A DNA stretch of 64,000 nt, from NCBI RefSeq assembly GCF_963921235.1, contig NC_086097.1, positions 132,806,001 to 132,870,000 of the forward strand, given 5' to 3'. The stretch comes from Mobula hypostoma. Its lineage: Eukaryota. The notes under the pieces were generated by a model that worked only from the letters and a program-made list of their open reading frames with translations, was not told the origin of the DNA and made no database searches. Shown here in pieces: positions 35,795-48,844 of this stretch. The position numbers were made by a program, and so were the translations under genes. Within the stretch, counting starts at the first letter, position 1. Every line of letters starts with the position of its first letter.

Positions 35795-36130
35795 TGAGGG
35801 AGGGCCGGCTGGTGGCGCAACGACATCGGTGCCGGAGCCTGGCATGGAGGTTCCCGAGCCCGAAACTAGTCAGGTCCGCCCCCAAGTACGCTTTCCATCC
35901 GTGCCGGGCTGAGTGTCGCAATCGCAACTTGACCTCGTGAAACAAAGGGAAAATACTGCGAAGAATGTCTCTGTGAGGAATGGCGTGCCACACAGTCTCA
36001 GTCTCTCTCTCTCGCTCCGCGCCTTGTAAAAAAGCCATGAAAAATCCATCATCTCGGACGCATGCACGGATGCATGCATGGACACGCAGACACACATGCA
36101 CAGACGTGCACGCACGCACATGCAGATGCA
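35795..36130 (+). mobile_element. Young tRNA-headed SINE with RTE-like 3' part and (GCAC/CA)n tail
   Basis: A-box-like TGGCGCAACGA, B-box-like GAGCCCGAAAC, GCTTTCCATCC core, GAGGAATGGC..GCCAC motif. High CpG content. Confidence 0.55.
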
Positions 36131-36177
36131 CACGCACAGACTCTCACAACATTTAGGAAGTGTCTAGTTGAGCATGA

Positions 36178-36640
36178 GTGTCCAGTTTCAGGTTTCGAGT
36201 GTCCAGTTCCATGTTTCTGGGAATACACATCTCAGAAGACCTTACATGGTCCACTAACACCACAACAATAGTTAAGAAAGCACAGCAACGCTTGTTTTTC
36301 CTCAGGACGCTGAAGAAAGCTGGTCGACCTGATCAAATGCTGGTGACCTTTTACCGCTGCACCATAGAGAGCATCTTAACATACTGCATCTCTGGGTGGT
36401 ATCTCAGTTGTACAGCAGCTGATAGGAAAGCACTTCCGCGGGTTGTCTCTAGCACACAGAAGATCACTGGGACACAGCTCCCAGCCCTGGAGGACACCTA
36501 CTGCTCTGCCTATCTAAGGAAAGCTACACGCATCTGTAAGGACAATACACACCCATGCAATGTTTGACTTCTTCCAGCTTCTTTCATTTTCACTGTATTG
36601 GTGCATGACAAATTGTACTATGCAATGACAATAAAGATAT
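36178..36640 (+). mobile_element. Rex1/Babar 3' fragment
   Basis: FLGIHISEDLTWSTNT..IVKKAQQRLFFLRTLKK...FYRCTIESILTYCI. Confidence 0.9.
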
Positions 36641-36899
36641 TTTGTTTTGTTTTTGTTTACGTGCCACATGCTGGTAAATAGAACTAGCATAGATGGGTAC
36701 ATGATGGTAGACATGGATATAAAGGGCCAAAGGCCCATTTTCTGTTCTGTATGACTCTGTGATTGAATGACTCTATCTATCTCTGAAATACAACCCTCGA
36801 AGGTATTCCTTCTTCAGTCATTCGTCCCAGGTAACTATCAGCTGAGGAACATCAGGTCCAGCACACTCACATCTCACACAATTCACAAGAGACACATCA

Positions 36900-39800
36900 C
36901 AAATCAGGTTTATTATCACTGATATATCCTGTATGTCATGAAACCTGTTGTTTCATAGCAGTGGTACAGTGTAATGTACAAAGTTACAAGAGAGGTATAA
37001 AAATAAATAAATAGTGCAAAAACTGAACTAAATAGTGAGGTGATATTCATGATTCATGAAACGTTTAGAAATCGGATTGCAGAGGGGAAGAAGCCATTCC
37101 TAAAAAGTTGAGTGTGTGTCCTCACTGATGGTAATAATGAGAAGAGGGCATGTTCCGGAAGGTGATGGTCTTTAGAGATGTATGACAGATTTTTGAGGCA
37201 CAACCTTTTCAAGATGTCCTTGATGGTGGCGTGGCTAGTGTCCATGATGGAGCTGGCTGAGTCTACAGCTCTCCTCAGCTTTTCTGATCCTGCGTATTGG
37301 CACCTCCATACCAGGCAGTGACACAACCAGTCAGAAGGCTCTTCACGGCACAGCTATACTAATTTGCTAAAGTTTTTGGTGACCTTCCAAATCTCCTCAA
37401 GCTCATAATGAAGTATACCCACTTGCATGCTTTTGCCACAATTGCATTAATATATAGAGCCCAGGGTAGTTTCTCTGAGATACTGATACCCATGGTCTTG
37501 AAGTTGCTAACCCTTTTAACTACTGAGCCCTCAATGAGGACAAGTGTGTGTTCTTCCAACTTCACTTTCCTGTAGTCCACAATCAACTCCTTGGTCCTAT
37601 CAATAAAGAATGCAGGATTGTTGTTACGATACCATTCAACCAGCTGATCTATCTCACTCCTGAACACCACCTCGTCACCATCTGGGATATGCCAACAGCA
37701 GCTGCGACATCACCAAATTTATAGATGGCTTTTGAGCTGTGTCTAGTCACACAGTCATAAGACTATAAGGCAAAGGAGCAAGATTAGACCATTCAGCTCA
37801 TCGAGTCTTCTCCCCTTTCCACCATGGTTGATTTATTATCCCTCTCAACCCATTCTCCTGTCTTCTCTCCGTAACCTTTGATGCCCTAACTAATCAAGAA
37901 CCTAAGCAACACACACAAAAATGCCGGAGGAAATCAGAAGGCCAGCCAGCATCTATGTAAAAGAGTACATTTGATGTATCGGGCTGAGACCCTTTATTAG
38001 AACTGGAGGAAGAAGATGAGGAGTCAGGGTAAGAAGGTGGGGGGTTGGGGGTGAGGAAAAAAGAAAAGGAGATAGGTGAAACCAGGACCAGGGAGGGGTG
38101 AAGTGAAGAGCTGGGAAGTTGATTGGTGAAAGAGATGCAGGGCTGGAGAAGGGGAAATCTGATGGGAGTAGACAGAAGGCCATGAAAGAAAGAAAAGGGA
38201 GAGGAGCACTAGAGGGAAGCGATGGGTAGGTAAGAAGATAATGTAACTAATGCAACTCATCCTGCAAATTAACCTTATGCAATCCTGTATGAGGACTCCC
38301 TAGTCTCTTTGCGCCTCTGGTTTTTTAAACTTTCTTCCCATTTAGGAAATAGTCTATGCCTTTTTCCCTTCCACCACTGTGCATGACCATACACTTCCCT
38401 ACACTAAATTCCACCTGCCACTTCTTTTTCCATTCTCCCAATCTGTCTTAGTCCCTCTGCACACTCTCTGCTTCCTCAACATAAGCTGCACCTCCACCTA
38501 TCTTTGCATTGTCTGCAAACTTGGCCTCAAAGCCATCAATTCCTTCATCCAAATTATTGACGTATAACAGGAAAAGAAGCAATCTCAACAGCAACTCCTG
38601 AAGAACAATAGTCACTAGCAGCCAACCAGAAAAGGACATCTTTATTCCTGTCCTTTCACTCTTGCCAGTCAGCCAATCTTCTATCCATGCTAGTATCTTT
38701 CCTGTAATACCATGGGCTCTTACCTTGTTAAGCAGCCTCATGTATGGCACCTTGTCAAAAACCTTCTGAAAATGCAAGTAAACAACAGCCACTGATTCTC
38801 CTTTGTCTATCCTACTTGTTACTTCCTCAATGAATTCCAACAGAATTATCAGGCAAGATTACAAAATTTTCTCTAATGGACCTTGTCTATTTTATCATCT
38901 GCCTCCAAATACACTGAAACCTCATTCTCAATAATGTACTCCAACATCTTCTCAACAACTGAAGTCAGGCTAAGTGACCTATAATTCCCTTCCTTCTGCT
39001 ACCTTCCCTTCATCAATGGTGGAGTAACATTTGCAATTTTCCGGTCCTCTAGAATCATTGCAGAATCTATTGAATCTAATGCCTCCACTATCTCTTCAAC
39101 TACCTCTTTTAGGACCCTGGGCAGCACTGCATCATGTCCAGCAGATTTATCTATCTTCTGACCGTTCAGATTCCCAAGCGCCCTCTCCTTAGTAACAGCA
39201 ACTACACTCACTTCTGCCCCGACACTCCTGACGCAAAATACTTAATAATTTCATTCACTATTTGTTTGTCACTCATTACTACCTCTCCAGCATCATTTTC
39301 CAAAGGCCCAATATCCATTCAGCTCTCTTTTACTCTTTATATAAGTGAAAAGCTTTGGTTATCTACTTCTATATTATTAGCCAGCTTACCTTCATATTTC
39401 ATCTTTTTTCTCCTATGGCTTTTTTCGGTTGCCTTCTGTTGGTTTTTTAAAAGATTCCCAATCCTCTACCTTCCCACTAACTGTTCCTATATTATATGCC
39501 CTCTCTTTCGTTTTTATGCTCTTTTTGACTTCCCTTGTCAGCCATGGTTGCATCATCCTCCCTTTAGAATACTTCTTCATCTTTGGGATGTATCTATCCT
39601 GTGCCTTCTGAATTGCCCCCAGAAACTCCACCATTGCTGTTCTGCCGTCATCCCTGCCAGTGTCCCCTTCCAATCAACTTTGGCCACCTCCTCTCCCATG
39701 CTGCTATAACTCCCTTTACTCCACTGTAATACTGATACATCTAACTTTAGCCTCTCCCTCTCAACTGCAGGGAAAGTTCTATCAAAAGGTAGAGAGGCAT

Positions 39801-41050
39801 AGAAGAGTGGGTTAAGCACACATCCTTGAGCTGTGCCTGTGTTGATTGCCAATGAGAAGATGTTATTTCCAATCGACACTGATTGTGACCTCCCGACTTG
39901 AAAGTCAATGATCGAGTTGCGAAGAGAGGTACAGAGGTCTAGGTTTTGAAGCTTGTTGATTAGTACTGAAGAGATGATGGTATGATGCTTTAATCAATGC
40001 ACAGCAGCCTGATGTAGGTATTGCTGTTGTCCAAATGTATTTGTGCTCTTAAAATAGCCTTCCATAGATCATACCTCATCTTGTTGTAAATTTCTGGATC
40101 ACCAGTCTTGAATGTCACAGATCTAGCCCTCAGCAGATTCATCCACGGCTTCAGGTTTAGATATGTCCAGATTGTTCTCAAAGGCCACATTCAGGTCTTG
40201 ATGAAGTCAGTGATGATTGTGCCATATTTATTTATATGCGAAGATGTATCCCTGAATATGGTCCAGTTCACCAATTCAAAGCAGTCCGGTAAGCTCTCCT
40301 TTTCCTCCCTTGGCCATACCCTTGCGGTCCTCACCATTGATGCTACGGTCCTAAGTCTCTACCTGTGCACCAGGAGTAGATGTACAGCTGGGTGATCAGG
40401 CTTGGGTACGGGATGGCACATTAAGTGCTCTTGATAGTGGTGTAACAGTGGTCAACAGTTCATTGGCTCCCTGCTTCTACGTTGATATGTTGGTGACTTC
40501 CTCAAGCTAATTTGCTGGAAGATTCCCACAAGGATTGAGAAGGCATCGGGATATGCTGTCTTATGGCTGTTAATCACAGTTTCGGCTCCTTTGATAGCTT
40601 GGCATTAGTTACGGGTGGTATATTCTGACAAGGATGATGGTGGAAAACCTCCTCAGCAGATGGAATGGATAACACTTGACCATCAGATGTTCAAGATCAG
40701 GAGAGCAGGACTGAGAAAGAACACCACAGTGAGTTAATCATGAAGTAAATGCCGCTGCCTCTGCCTTGATCTGACACTGTTGTCCAGTTTGTGGAGTGGA
40801 ATGTGAAGCTCTTGGGTTGCAGTACCGTGTTTAGAGTGCTGGGGGTGAGCTATGTCTCCGTGAAGCAGAGTACACGACAGTCCCTAATGTCACCCTGGTA
40901 CTGCAATCTCCCTCTGTGGTTTTCGATTTTATCTTCCAGAGGCTGGGCATTAGCCAAGAGGTTGGTAGGTAGTGGGAGCCTCAGGGCTCAGCACTTTAGT
41001 TTTACCTGCAATCCAGCCTGGATGCCATGCTTTCTTAAAAAAAACTGCTC
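36900..41050 (-). mobile_element. Rex1/Babar LINE interrupted by a CR1 (37757-39775), itself interrupted by a Penelope fragment (~37905-38235)
   Basis: RTKELIVDYRK, INTGTAQGCVLNPLFY and KPWMN motifs flank CR1 motifs (FQKVFDKVP, KFADNAK). Confidence 0.8.
37757..39775 (-). mobile_element. CR1 LINE fragment
   Basis: ORFs 38448-38840, 38999-39211 and 39413-39673 carry CR1 ORF2 motifs. Tail at 37757. Confidence 0.88.
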
Positions 41051-42667
41051 TCACAACCTGGGTGGTCTGCAGTCTGGAGTCTGCCAGTTTTAAAGATTGA
41101 CACATTTTTATTTTTACTTACAAAAATTAAAAAAGTAACTGTTTTGGTTCTGAATCATTGAGTATAGCCTCCTTCTGTGCTAAAATAAGTAAGTTTAGAA
41201 TGATATGAGAAAAAAATGCTGGGTGAACACAAAACAGTTAGGCAGCATTTGTGGAAGGAAATGGACAGTCAGTGTTTTGGGTTGAGACCCTTCATTCGGA
41301 CTGAGGGGTGATATGCAGGAAAACAGTCGAAGCCAGAGAAGGGGAACAGTGAGAGAGGATCTCACAGAACTCCTGTGGAAGGGAAGAGGAAAACTTCTTC
41401 AAAATGGGCGTGCCTTGTAGAGACTTTGCAATTTAGAATTACAATGAAGATACAAGAGAGTGCAGATACTCCAGATTCCAGCATTTTCTATCTCTTGTAT
41501 CTCCATTAGAATGGTATGAATGAGTTCCATGAGCACAGAATGGTGAAAGTCAATGAAGTTTTAGACACTGGTCCAGGTCAGTGGAGCTCAATACCCAACT
41601 TTTTTTGAGCATGAAATCAGTGTAACTCCAGGATAACACTTAGCAACCAAATGCTGGTTGACATGTTTCAATTCCAAGTGCATCATCTTCACATCTTTGC
41701 ACTTGGTCACTATTGTCGTAAAAATGACTCAAGGAAAATGCTGGTCACTGTTTTGAATTTCTAAACTGTGCAATGAATATAAAATCCCTGTCCAATGGAC
41801 ATGTTCTGCTGCAAAGCTACAATATCTCATAAATATTTAAAGTTTGTTTTAAAATGCCATGATTTGGTTTTAATGCCAATGCTGTAATCTCTGCAGCAAG
41901 TCGACAACTGTCAAAAAGCACCATGGTTTTTCTCTCCTGCAGAAGACCTCAAGATTTAACAGCAGCTGAAATTAGGCTCTTGAAACAACCTGATAAACCC
42001 TAACACCTCCTCAGATTATATTTCTTTTTCCCTCTCTTTCAAGCTTGTTCTAATGTTACTATAACATACATAAAATGCTGGAGGAACCCAGCAGGCCAGG
42101 CAGCATCTATGAAAAAAAATGCCCAGTCGACATTTTGAGCGGAGACCCTTCATCAGGATGATATATTTATTTTGCTGTTTATTTTTGCACATCTGGTGTT
42201 ATACATAATTTATGTTAATTCAAATTTATGTAATTCATGTTTGCCATGTTTGTAGTGTGCTGTGTTGTTGCAGGAAAAAACATTTCTACTCTGTCCATGT
42301 ATGTCAATGACAACAATGAACTTGAACCTGAGCCTCAACTTGAAACACCAAGGACAAAATACTGTAAGAATATTGCCCATTGAGATCTTGCATATTTGGT
42401 AGAGCTACTGCCTCACAACACCAAAGGCTGGGTTTGATTGTGATTCATGTCTGTGTGGGGTTTCAGTTACAGAGAAATCACAGTGCAGGAAAACAATAAG
42501 GTGCACTGACCTTAGCGAGTTAGATTGTAAGGTCAAAAATTCATCTTTATCATACAAGAGAACTGGTTCAAGAGATCAGATAGAAACTGTCATTAAACCT
42601 GGTTGTTTTGCATTTTTCATTTTTTTTAATAACTTCTGCCTGATGGGACGGGTGAAGACAGAATAAC

Positions 42668-45600
42668 TACTACTACTACTACTACTACGTCGACTCAGGC
42701 CTAGGGGGCTGGCGTCGCGCACGATGACGGACTCTCCACTTCTCCCTCTCCCTCATCAGTGTGTTCAGTTCATCTACATTAGCCGCGCCACTGTCTTCTA
42801 GGAGCGTGTTGACCATAGTCATGGGAGGGCACCCAGGGTTCATCCTCCTGTGCTTGGGCTCCCATATGATGACTAGGCTGGCAGGTGGCTCGGGATGGCG
42901 TAGACAGTGCCCCGCTAGTTGCAGTCTTCTTGCCTTGATTTTAGTGGTAAGCATCGGTAGGTTGTTATAGAGCTCGACGTTCGTCATGTGCTGTTGCCAA
43001 CTCATGTTAAGAACCATCCGGAGCATTCGTGTATAGCAACCATCTAGAGACTTTTGCATAGTCTTGGTGAGTGTACACGTCTCGCATCCGTACGTGAGAA
43101 TGGACTCTATGACTGCTATGAAAATCCTCTTTTTAAGCCCTCTGGTGAGGTTCGACTTCCAGATTTCCTTCATGTCGTTCATAGCCCTCTACGCCAGTGC
43201 CTTCCGTATCTTTATGTCCTTCTCCAAACTCATCATTCTTGACCCAAGGTACTTGTAGTCAAAGACTTTCTTAATGGTATCATTCTCTACAGTCTTGAGA
43301 GTACTTTCGTTGCAGTTAAACGCCAAGTACTCTGTCTTTTTAGTGTTTAGGTGAAGTCCAACTTTATTGCACTCAATTTCCACTTTTGTCAGTAGCTGCT
43401 GTGCTTCCTCCATCTGGTCAGAGAGCAGGACTATGTCATCTGCAAAATCGAGATCTGTGAGCGTAACTGATCTGACCCTTTTGGTTCGCCATGGTTTTGT
43501 GGTAAAACCAAGCTTGTCATGATCTTTGGTAGCTTGACGCAGAGCGTGATCAAAGACGATTATAAAGCTGTAGGGTGCCAGAGTGTCTCCTTGCAGCACA
43601 CCAGCTAGGAGCTCGAACACTGCTGTTTCTCCATCTGGTGATACAACTTTCGCCATGGTTTTGGTATAGCTGGACTCTATTGCTCTCAGTAGATGGTCTG
43701 GCACTCCATAAACTTTCAGGATCTTCGGTGTTTTATCTCGGTGTATGGAGTCAAAAGCTTTGCGAAAATCGACGTAAGTAAGCATGGCTGGTAGGTTGTT
43801 CTTCTTGACTTCCTCAATGATCCTATGGAGAGCAAGTATTTGCATTACTGTTGTTCTCTTCTGGCGAAAACCATTCTGATTGAATCTTAGCTTAGGGTCA
43901 ATGGCGGTGCGAATCCTGTTCAAGATCATCCGACTACATAACTTTGCTAAGATGCAGGTCAAGCTGATACCGCGGTAGTTATCTGTCTTGTGAAGGATCC
44001 AGACTTGGGGACTGGGATAATGCTTGAGAGTGACCATTGTTCTGGTTTGTCGCCTTTCATCAGTGCCGTACTACATATGTCCAGCTAGATGTCGTCCAGG
44101 TCGCAGTTCTTCAGGACATCTGGTGGTATCCCATCTGGTCTAGCACTCCTACCCTGTTTGAGTGCATATTTGGCCTTCTTCAGTTCCTCAATGGTGAATG
44201 GGCCGTCATCAATGTCGACTTGCATTAGTATCATGGGTATGTCCTCTTCTTCTTCCATGATCGTTGGAGGGCTTCCCAGCAGGTACTTAAAGTGGGTAAA
44301 CCATGTCAGGACACGGTCCTCTGCTGTTTTATCACTTATTTGACCTGATGGGAACTTCTTTCATCTACTGATCTCATTGACTAGGCGCCATGCTTCTCCA
44401 TGCTGCATGTCTTCATTAGCAGCTTCTATCTCTCTAATCCTCTCAGCTAGTTCCCCTTCCTTCAGTCAGTCATAGGTGGCAAAGAGATTCTTCTCTGCTG
44501 TCTTGAACTTGTCTCTTAGCTCTTCTGTTTCGCTCCTTCGAAGTTCGGCATGACAAGCATTGACCACACCTCTTGCTGCGACAACATCAGGATGTTTCGA
44601 GATCCGACTCTCCTTAGTTTGCTTCACAGTAGGCAAACTCTTTGTTGCATCTGTGTGTGCGTCTATGACCCATTGATAGCGGTCGGTGGCAGTCTCTTCC
44701 TCCCCCCCCTTTCCAGTGGGCCGCAGCAATTTCTCACCTCCACTGTGTACTGGGCTTGAAGAATAGGTTGTGAGGAGAATGCCTTCCAGTCTATCTTCTC
44801 CTTGGGACCTGTGCCTTTGGGTTGCCGCAGGCTCAGTCTCACTTGCATTGACACTACTCTGTGATCAGAACTGACCGAGTTGAAGGTGCTGTAGGTTTCT
44901 GTGTTGGTCACACAATTACGCCATTTTGTTCTTACGAGGATGTAATCGAGCTGTTTCCTGCAGATGGAGGCTCTGTTTTCAAATGTCCACAGTTTACCAG
45001 CTCGCTTCTTGAATTGTGTGTTGGCACCAATGAGACTGTGTTCCTGGATGAAGTCAACTAGATATTGTCCATTTCTGTTGGTAAAGTCTCGTTATGAGTA
45101 TGGAACATCTTCCAGTCTGACCTGGGCATTAAAATCGCCAAGCACAGCCAAGAAGTTATGCGCTGGTATTGAAGTGACAGCTTCATGAAGTTTACCGTAG
45201 AAGGCCTCCACTTCCTTCTCCTTGCTGCAGTTGTGCGGGGAGTAACAGATGATGACAGAGGTTGTCAGGTTTCCGTCGAATTCTGCAGTAAGAATTCTGT
45301 CACTGACTGAGACTACGCCCCTCAGTGCCTCCTTCACCTTGGTGTTCAACATCAGCCCTACTCCACCTTGTGATGACATCGTCGTCGGCTCTCTCCATGC
45401 AGACGAGGTGATGAGGTGCATCCCCTCTACCTCTGTGAACCTTATCTCTTCGTCAGGGTGTACATGATGGTGTTCTTGGATCGCCAGGATGGAGATCTTC
45501 TAGCTGCTTGCCTGTGATGCCAACTCTGTGCATCAAGGAAAGAGGCGGATGGTGTTTGCGTTGAAGGTTGAGATGATCGTTTTTACCTTACAACGCAAAA

Positions 45601-46010
45601 GGGGCGCAGTTCGCTTGGCCCCCTTGTCAGACTCTCTGTGGGGTTTGAGGTTGCATAATCATACTGCCTGTCTAGGCCAGGGTCTGGGTGTTCCGCAGAG
45701 TTCCTGAGCACTTCCGGCTCTGGCAGCATAGGGTTTGTTGGGTTGTCTGTCATCATAATGCCTTACAAGGCGCAAAACGAAAGACTGTGTGGTGCACCAC
45801 TCCTCATACAGACAGTAGGTGGCCGTTGACTCACAAAGAGTTCATCCGCCCTTTGACAGGTTTTGTTCTTAGTCCTGCTGGGTGCCTACACACCCTCCTC
45901 CCTGGTTAACCGGAGTGCACCGGGGGTGTGCCAGTTGAGTCGCCAACAACCTGACCGAGACAGGTAGTACTGGGCTATGTGGTACCAGTAGCAAGGCAAG
46001 GCCCTGACCT
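42668..46010 (-). mobile_element. Full-length RTE-clade LINE (APE + RT; a few stops and frameshifts), (TAG)n tail, 11-bp TSD
   Basis: TSD GACAGAATAAC at 42657-42667 and 46011-46021. Motifs ISTFNANTI, GGVGLML, VLGDFNAQ, SSDHRVV, NYRGISL, DFRKAFDSIHR, GVLQGDTLAP, DLDFADDI, YKYLGS. Confidence 0.95.
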
Positions 46011-46481
46011 GACAGAATAACCATGATGGGAAAAGTCTGTTGTTACCTTGGCTGCTACCCCAAGGCTGCAGGAAGTGTTAGACAGACACTATGAAGGGTA
46101 AGTTGGTTTTCGTGATGTTCACAATTCTCCAGAAGGTCACTTTTTGTGCTTTATGACTCTGACTCAATGGCTCAATCACTTCCTATTTCTTTCAGCCCTG
46201 AAAGTGACATCATGTGGAACTTTAAGAGCAGCTTCACATACAAACTTAACAAGAAGTGAAAATACTGCAATAGCCTACCCCTTTTGAATTAGCCTTAATG
46301 CTTCAGATATATGTATTGTTCAGACCTCTGGAAGATTCAAAGATTTTAGAAACTTTTATTCAAAAACATTTCAAGCTTCTGTGAAACCAAGTTAACAAGC
46401 TATTGTAATTTATGTTAAGCAACACACATAAAAGTTGCTGGTGAACGCAGCAGGCCAGGCAGCAGCTCTAGGAAGAGGTAC

Positions 46482-46517
46482 AGTCGATGTTTCAGGCCGA
46501 GACCCTTCGTCAGGACT
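46482..46517 (-). ncRNA. Minimal type I hammerhead ribozyme motif (PLE terminus)
   Basis: Minus strand reads agtc-CTGACGA-agg gtctcgg cct-GAAA-CATC-gact. Stem III has a C.A mismatch. Confidence 0.7.
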
Positions 46518-46821
46518 AACTGAAGGAAGAGCTAGTAAGAGATTTGAAAGTGGGAGGGGGAGGGGGAGATCCAAAATGATAGGAGAAGACAGGAGGGGGA
46601 GGGATGGAGCCAAGAACTGGACAGGTGATAGGCAAAAGGGATATGAGAGGATCATGGGACAGGAGGCCCAGGGAGAAAGAAAAGGGGGAGGGGGAAAAAA
46701 GCCCAGAAGATGGGCAAGGGGTATAGAGAGAGGGACAGAGGGAGAAAAAGGAGAGAGAGAGAGAAAAAGAATGTGTGTATATAAATAAATAACGGATGGG
46801 GTACAAGGGGGAGGTGGGGCA

Positions 46822-47274
46822 TTAGCGGAAGTTTGAGAAGTCAATGTTCATGCCATCAGGTTGGAGGCTACCCAGACGGAATATAAGGTGTTGTTCCTCC
46901 AACCTGAGTGTGGCTTCATCTTTACAGTAGAGGAGGCCGTGGATAGACATATCAGAATGGGAGTGGGACATGGAACGAAAATGTGTGACCACTGGGAGAT
47001 CCTGCTTTCTTTGGCGGACAGAGCGTAGGTGTTCAGCGAAACGATCTCCCAGTCTGCGTCTGGTCTCACCAATGTATAGAAGGCCACATCGGGAGCACCG
47101 GACACAGTATATCACCCCAGCCGACTCACAGGTGAAGTGTCGCCTCACCTGGAAGGACTGTCTGGGGCCCTGAATGGTGGTGAGGGAGGAAGTGTAAGGG
47201 CATGTGTAGCACTTGTCCCGCTTACAAGGATAAGTGCCAGGAGGGAGATCGGTGGGGAGGGATGGAGGGGACAA
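46822..47274 (-). CDS. Penelope-like GIY-YIG endonuclease domain (intact frame, truncated element)
   Basis: C..C..C linker, VIYC.RC.RC..LYIGET.R.L..RF.EH, R.EEQ.LI..L.SL.P.GMN. Confidence 0.9.
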   Translation of the reverse strand: MSPPSLPTDLPPGTYPCKRDKCYTCPYTSSLTTIQGPRQSFQVRRHFTCESAGVIYCVRCSRCGLLYIGETRRRLGDRFAEHLRSVRQRKQDLPVVTHFRSMSHSHSDMSIHGLLYCKDEATLRLEEQHLIFRLGSLQPDGMNIDFSNFR

Positions 47275-48844
47275 ATGGACAAGGGAGTCACATAGAGAGC
47301 GATCCCTGTGGAAAGCCGGGGGGGGGGGGAGGGAAAGATGTGCTTAGTGGTGGGATCTCGTTGGAGGCGGTGGAAATTACGGAGAATTTATGTTATTTTG
47401 TTTTAAGATTTTAAAAGGCCTGTGGAAAAGAATACGAAAAGTCTTACTTCAAATTAACAAGCCTCTTGGAAAAAATATTAAACATTTCAGAAAGAAGTAA
47501 AAACACTTTTCCATTATCAAGCGGCAAAAGCATGCAAGTCTTTTAAAATAAATAAGACTTTGAAAAGATTTTAAACTGTCATTTTAAATTAACAAGCATT
47601 TGAAAGACTTTAAAAAGTTTTTCTCAATCAACAAGATAGATTTCATAAAGTTGTTTAAGGTAACAAGCTAAATAGAATTTGCCTTTTAAAGGAGTTCTGA
47701 ACAAGGGGATATAAGTAGTACCAGGAAAGTGGTTGGCTATTTAAGACTAAGATGTATAAAAATCCCTTCTCTCAGACAGTAGTGAATCGCTGGAATTTTC
47801 TGCCCCTGAGGATGGTGGAGGCCAGTCATTAAAAATATCTAAAGTATGGACAAATTCTGTGCTAGCGAATCAGACAATGCAAAGAACGCACCTGGACTTG
47901 ACTTTGTGTTGGGTTCATTTATGACACAGCCAGGACAGAAAATATTAGCTGTGGGCATTCAGAATTAGTTCAGAAACTTAACAGAAGCTGCCTTGACATC
48001 AGAAAGGGCAAATGGATTGTCCATTAGTAGTATCTTTTTCTACTGTACTTTCTATGAGAAACACATGAACATTAACATCATGCAACTAGCAGTTGATGCT
48101 AGATAGAAAGTCGATTGAAATACCTTGCTAATTTTCTACAACATATGAAGATGAGTTCATATTTCACTTCTGCAAAAGGTAATTCAAAAAAATACTGAGA
48201 TTCTGGAGATCTAAAATAAAAATGGAAAATCAAAGTCAGGTTTTTTTTCATAAACACAAGTACATGTATGTATAGGTGCAATGAAAAGCCCACTTGCAGC
48301 AGTATCACAAGCATATAGCATCATATAAGCAGCATTCAGAATAAAAAAAAGCAAATTAAACATAAATTATACTCAGTTTTTTCGATGAAGTGCACAATTA
48401 GAACAAAAAATCCATTTTAAGGCAAAGCGATTAATTTGGTCATAACACTGCTAAACCATAGTGACTACAGGTTTGCTGCTTGGTTCAAGAAAAGAATGGT
48501 TGGAGGGAAGTAGCTCTCTTGAACCTGGTGGTGTGGGGTTTCAGGACTCTACACATCCTGATTGTAGTTGCAAGGTGTTGGGGATTTTTGACGATGGATG
48601 TGGCCTTTTTTAGACAGCACCTCACGTTAATAATACGAACAGTTGGGATGGAGATATTCAGCAGGTCAAGCCACATCTATGGAAAGAGAAACAGGGTTAA
48701 CATTTTCTGTCAAAAGTTCTTTGTTGAAAAATATCATTCAAATCAGATATACTGTAGATAGAGCACTAATTTATCATTTATGGATTACGGTGCTGGTTTT
48801 GAGCTGTTTTGAAATCTCTGGATGATATACTGAAAATGTACATA

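Larger units (their letters stand above)
46418..47384 (-). mobile_element. Young 5'-truncated Penelope-like element with 11-bp TSD
   Basis: TSD AATTTATGTTA at 46407-46417 and 47385-47395. Contains the GIY-YIG ORF, a pyrimidine-rich 3'UTR and a terminal hammerhead motif. Confidence 0.93.

Noticed and set aside
39134..39709. 191-aa hydrophobic ORF (membrane-protein-like)
   Set aside because: It is the antisense reading of CR1 ORF2.
46410..46844. Pro/Leu/Ser-rich ORFs and G-run (G4-like) tract
   Set aside because: Explained by the low-complexity Penelope 3'UTR.
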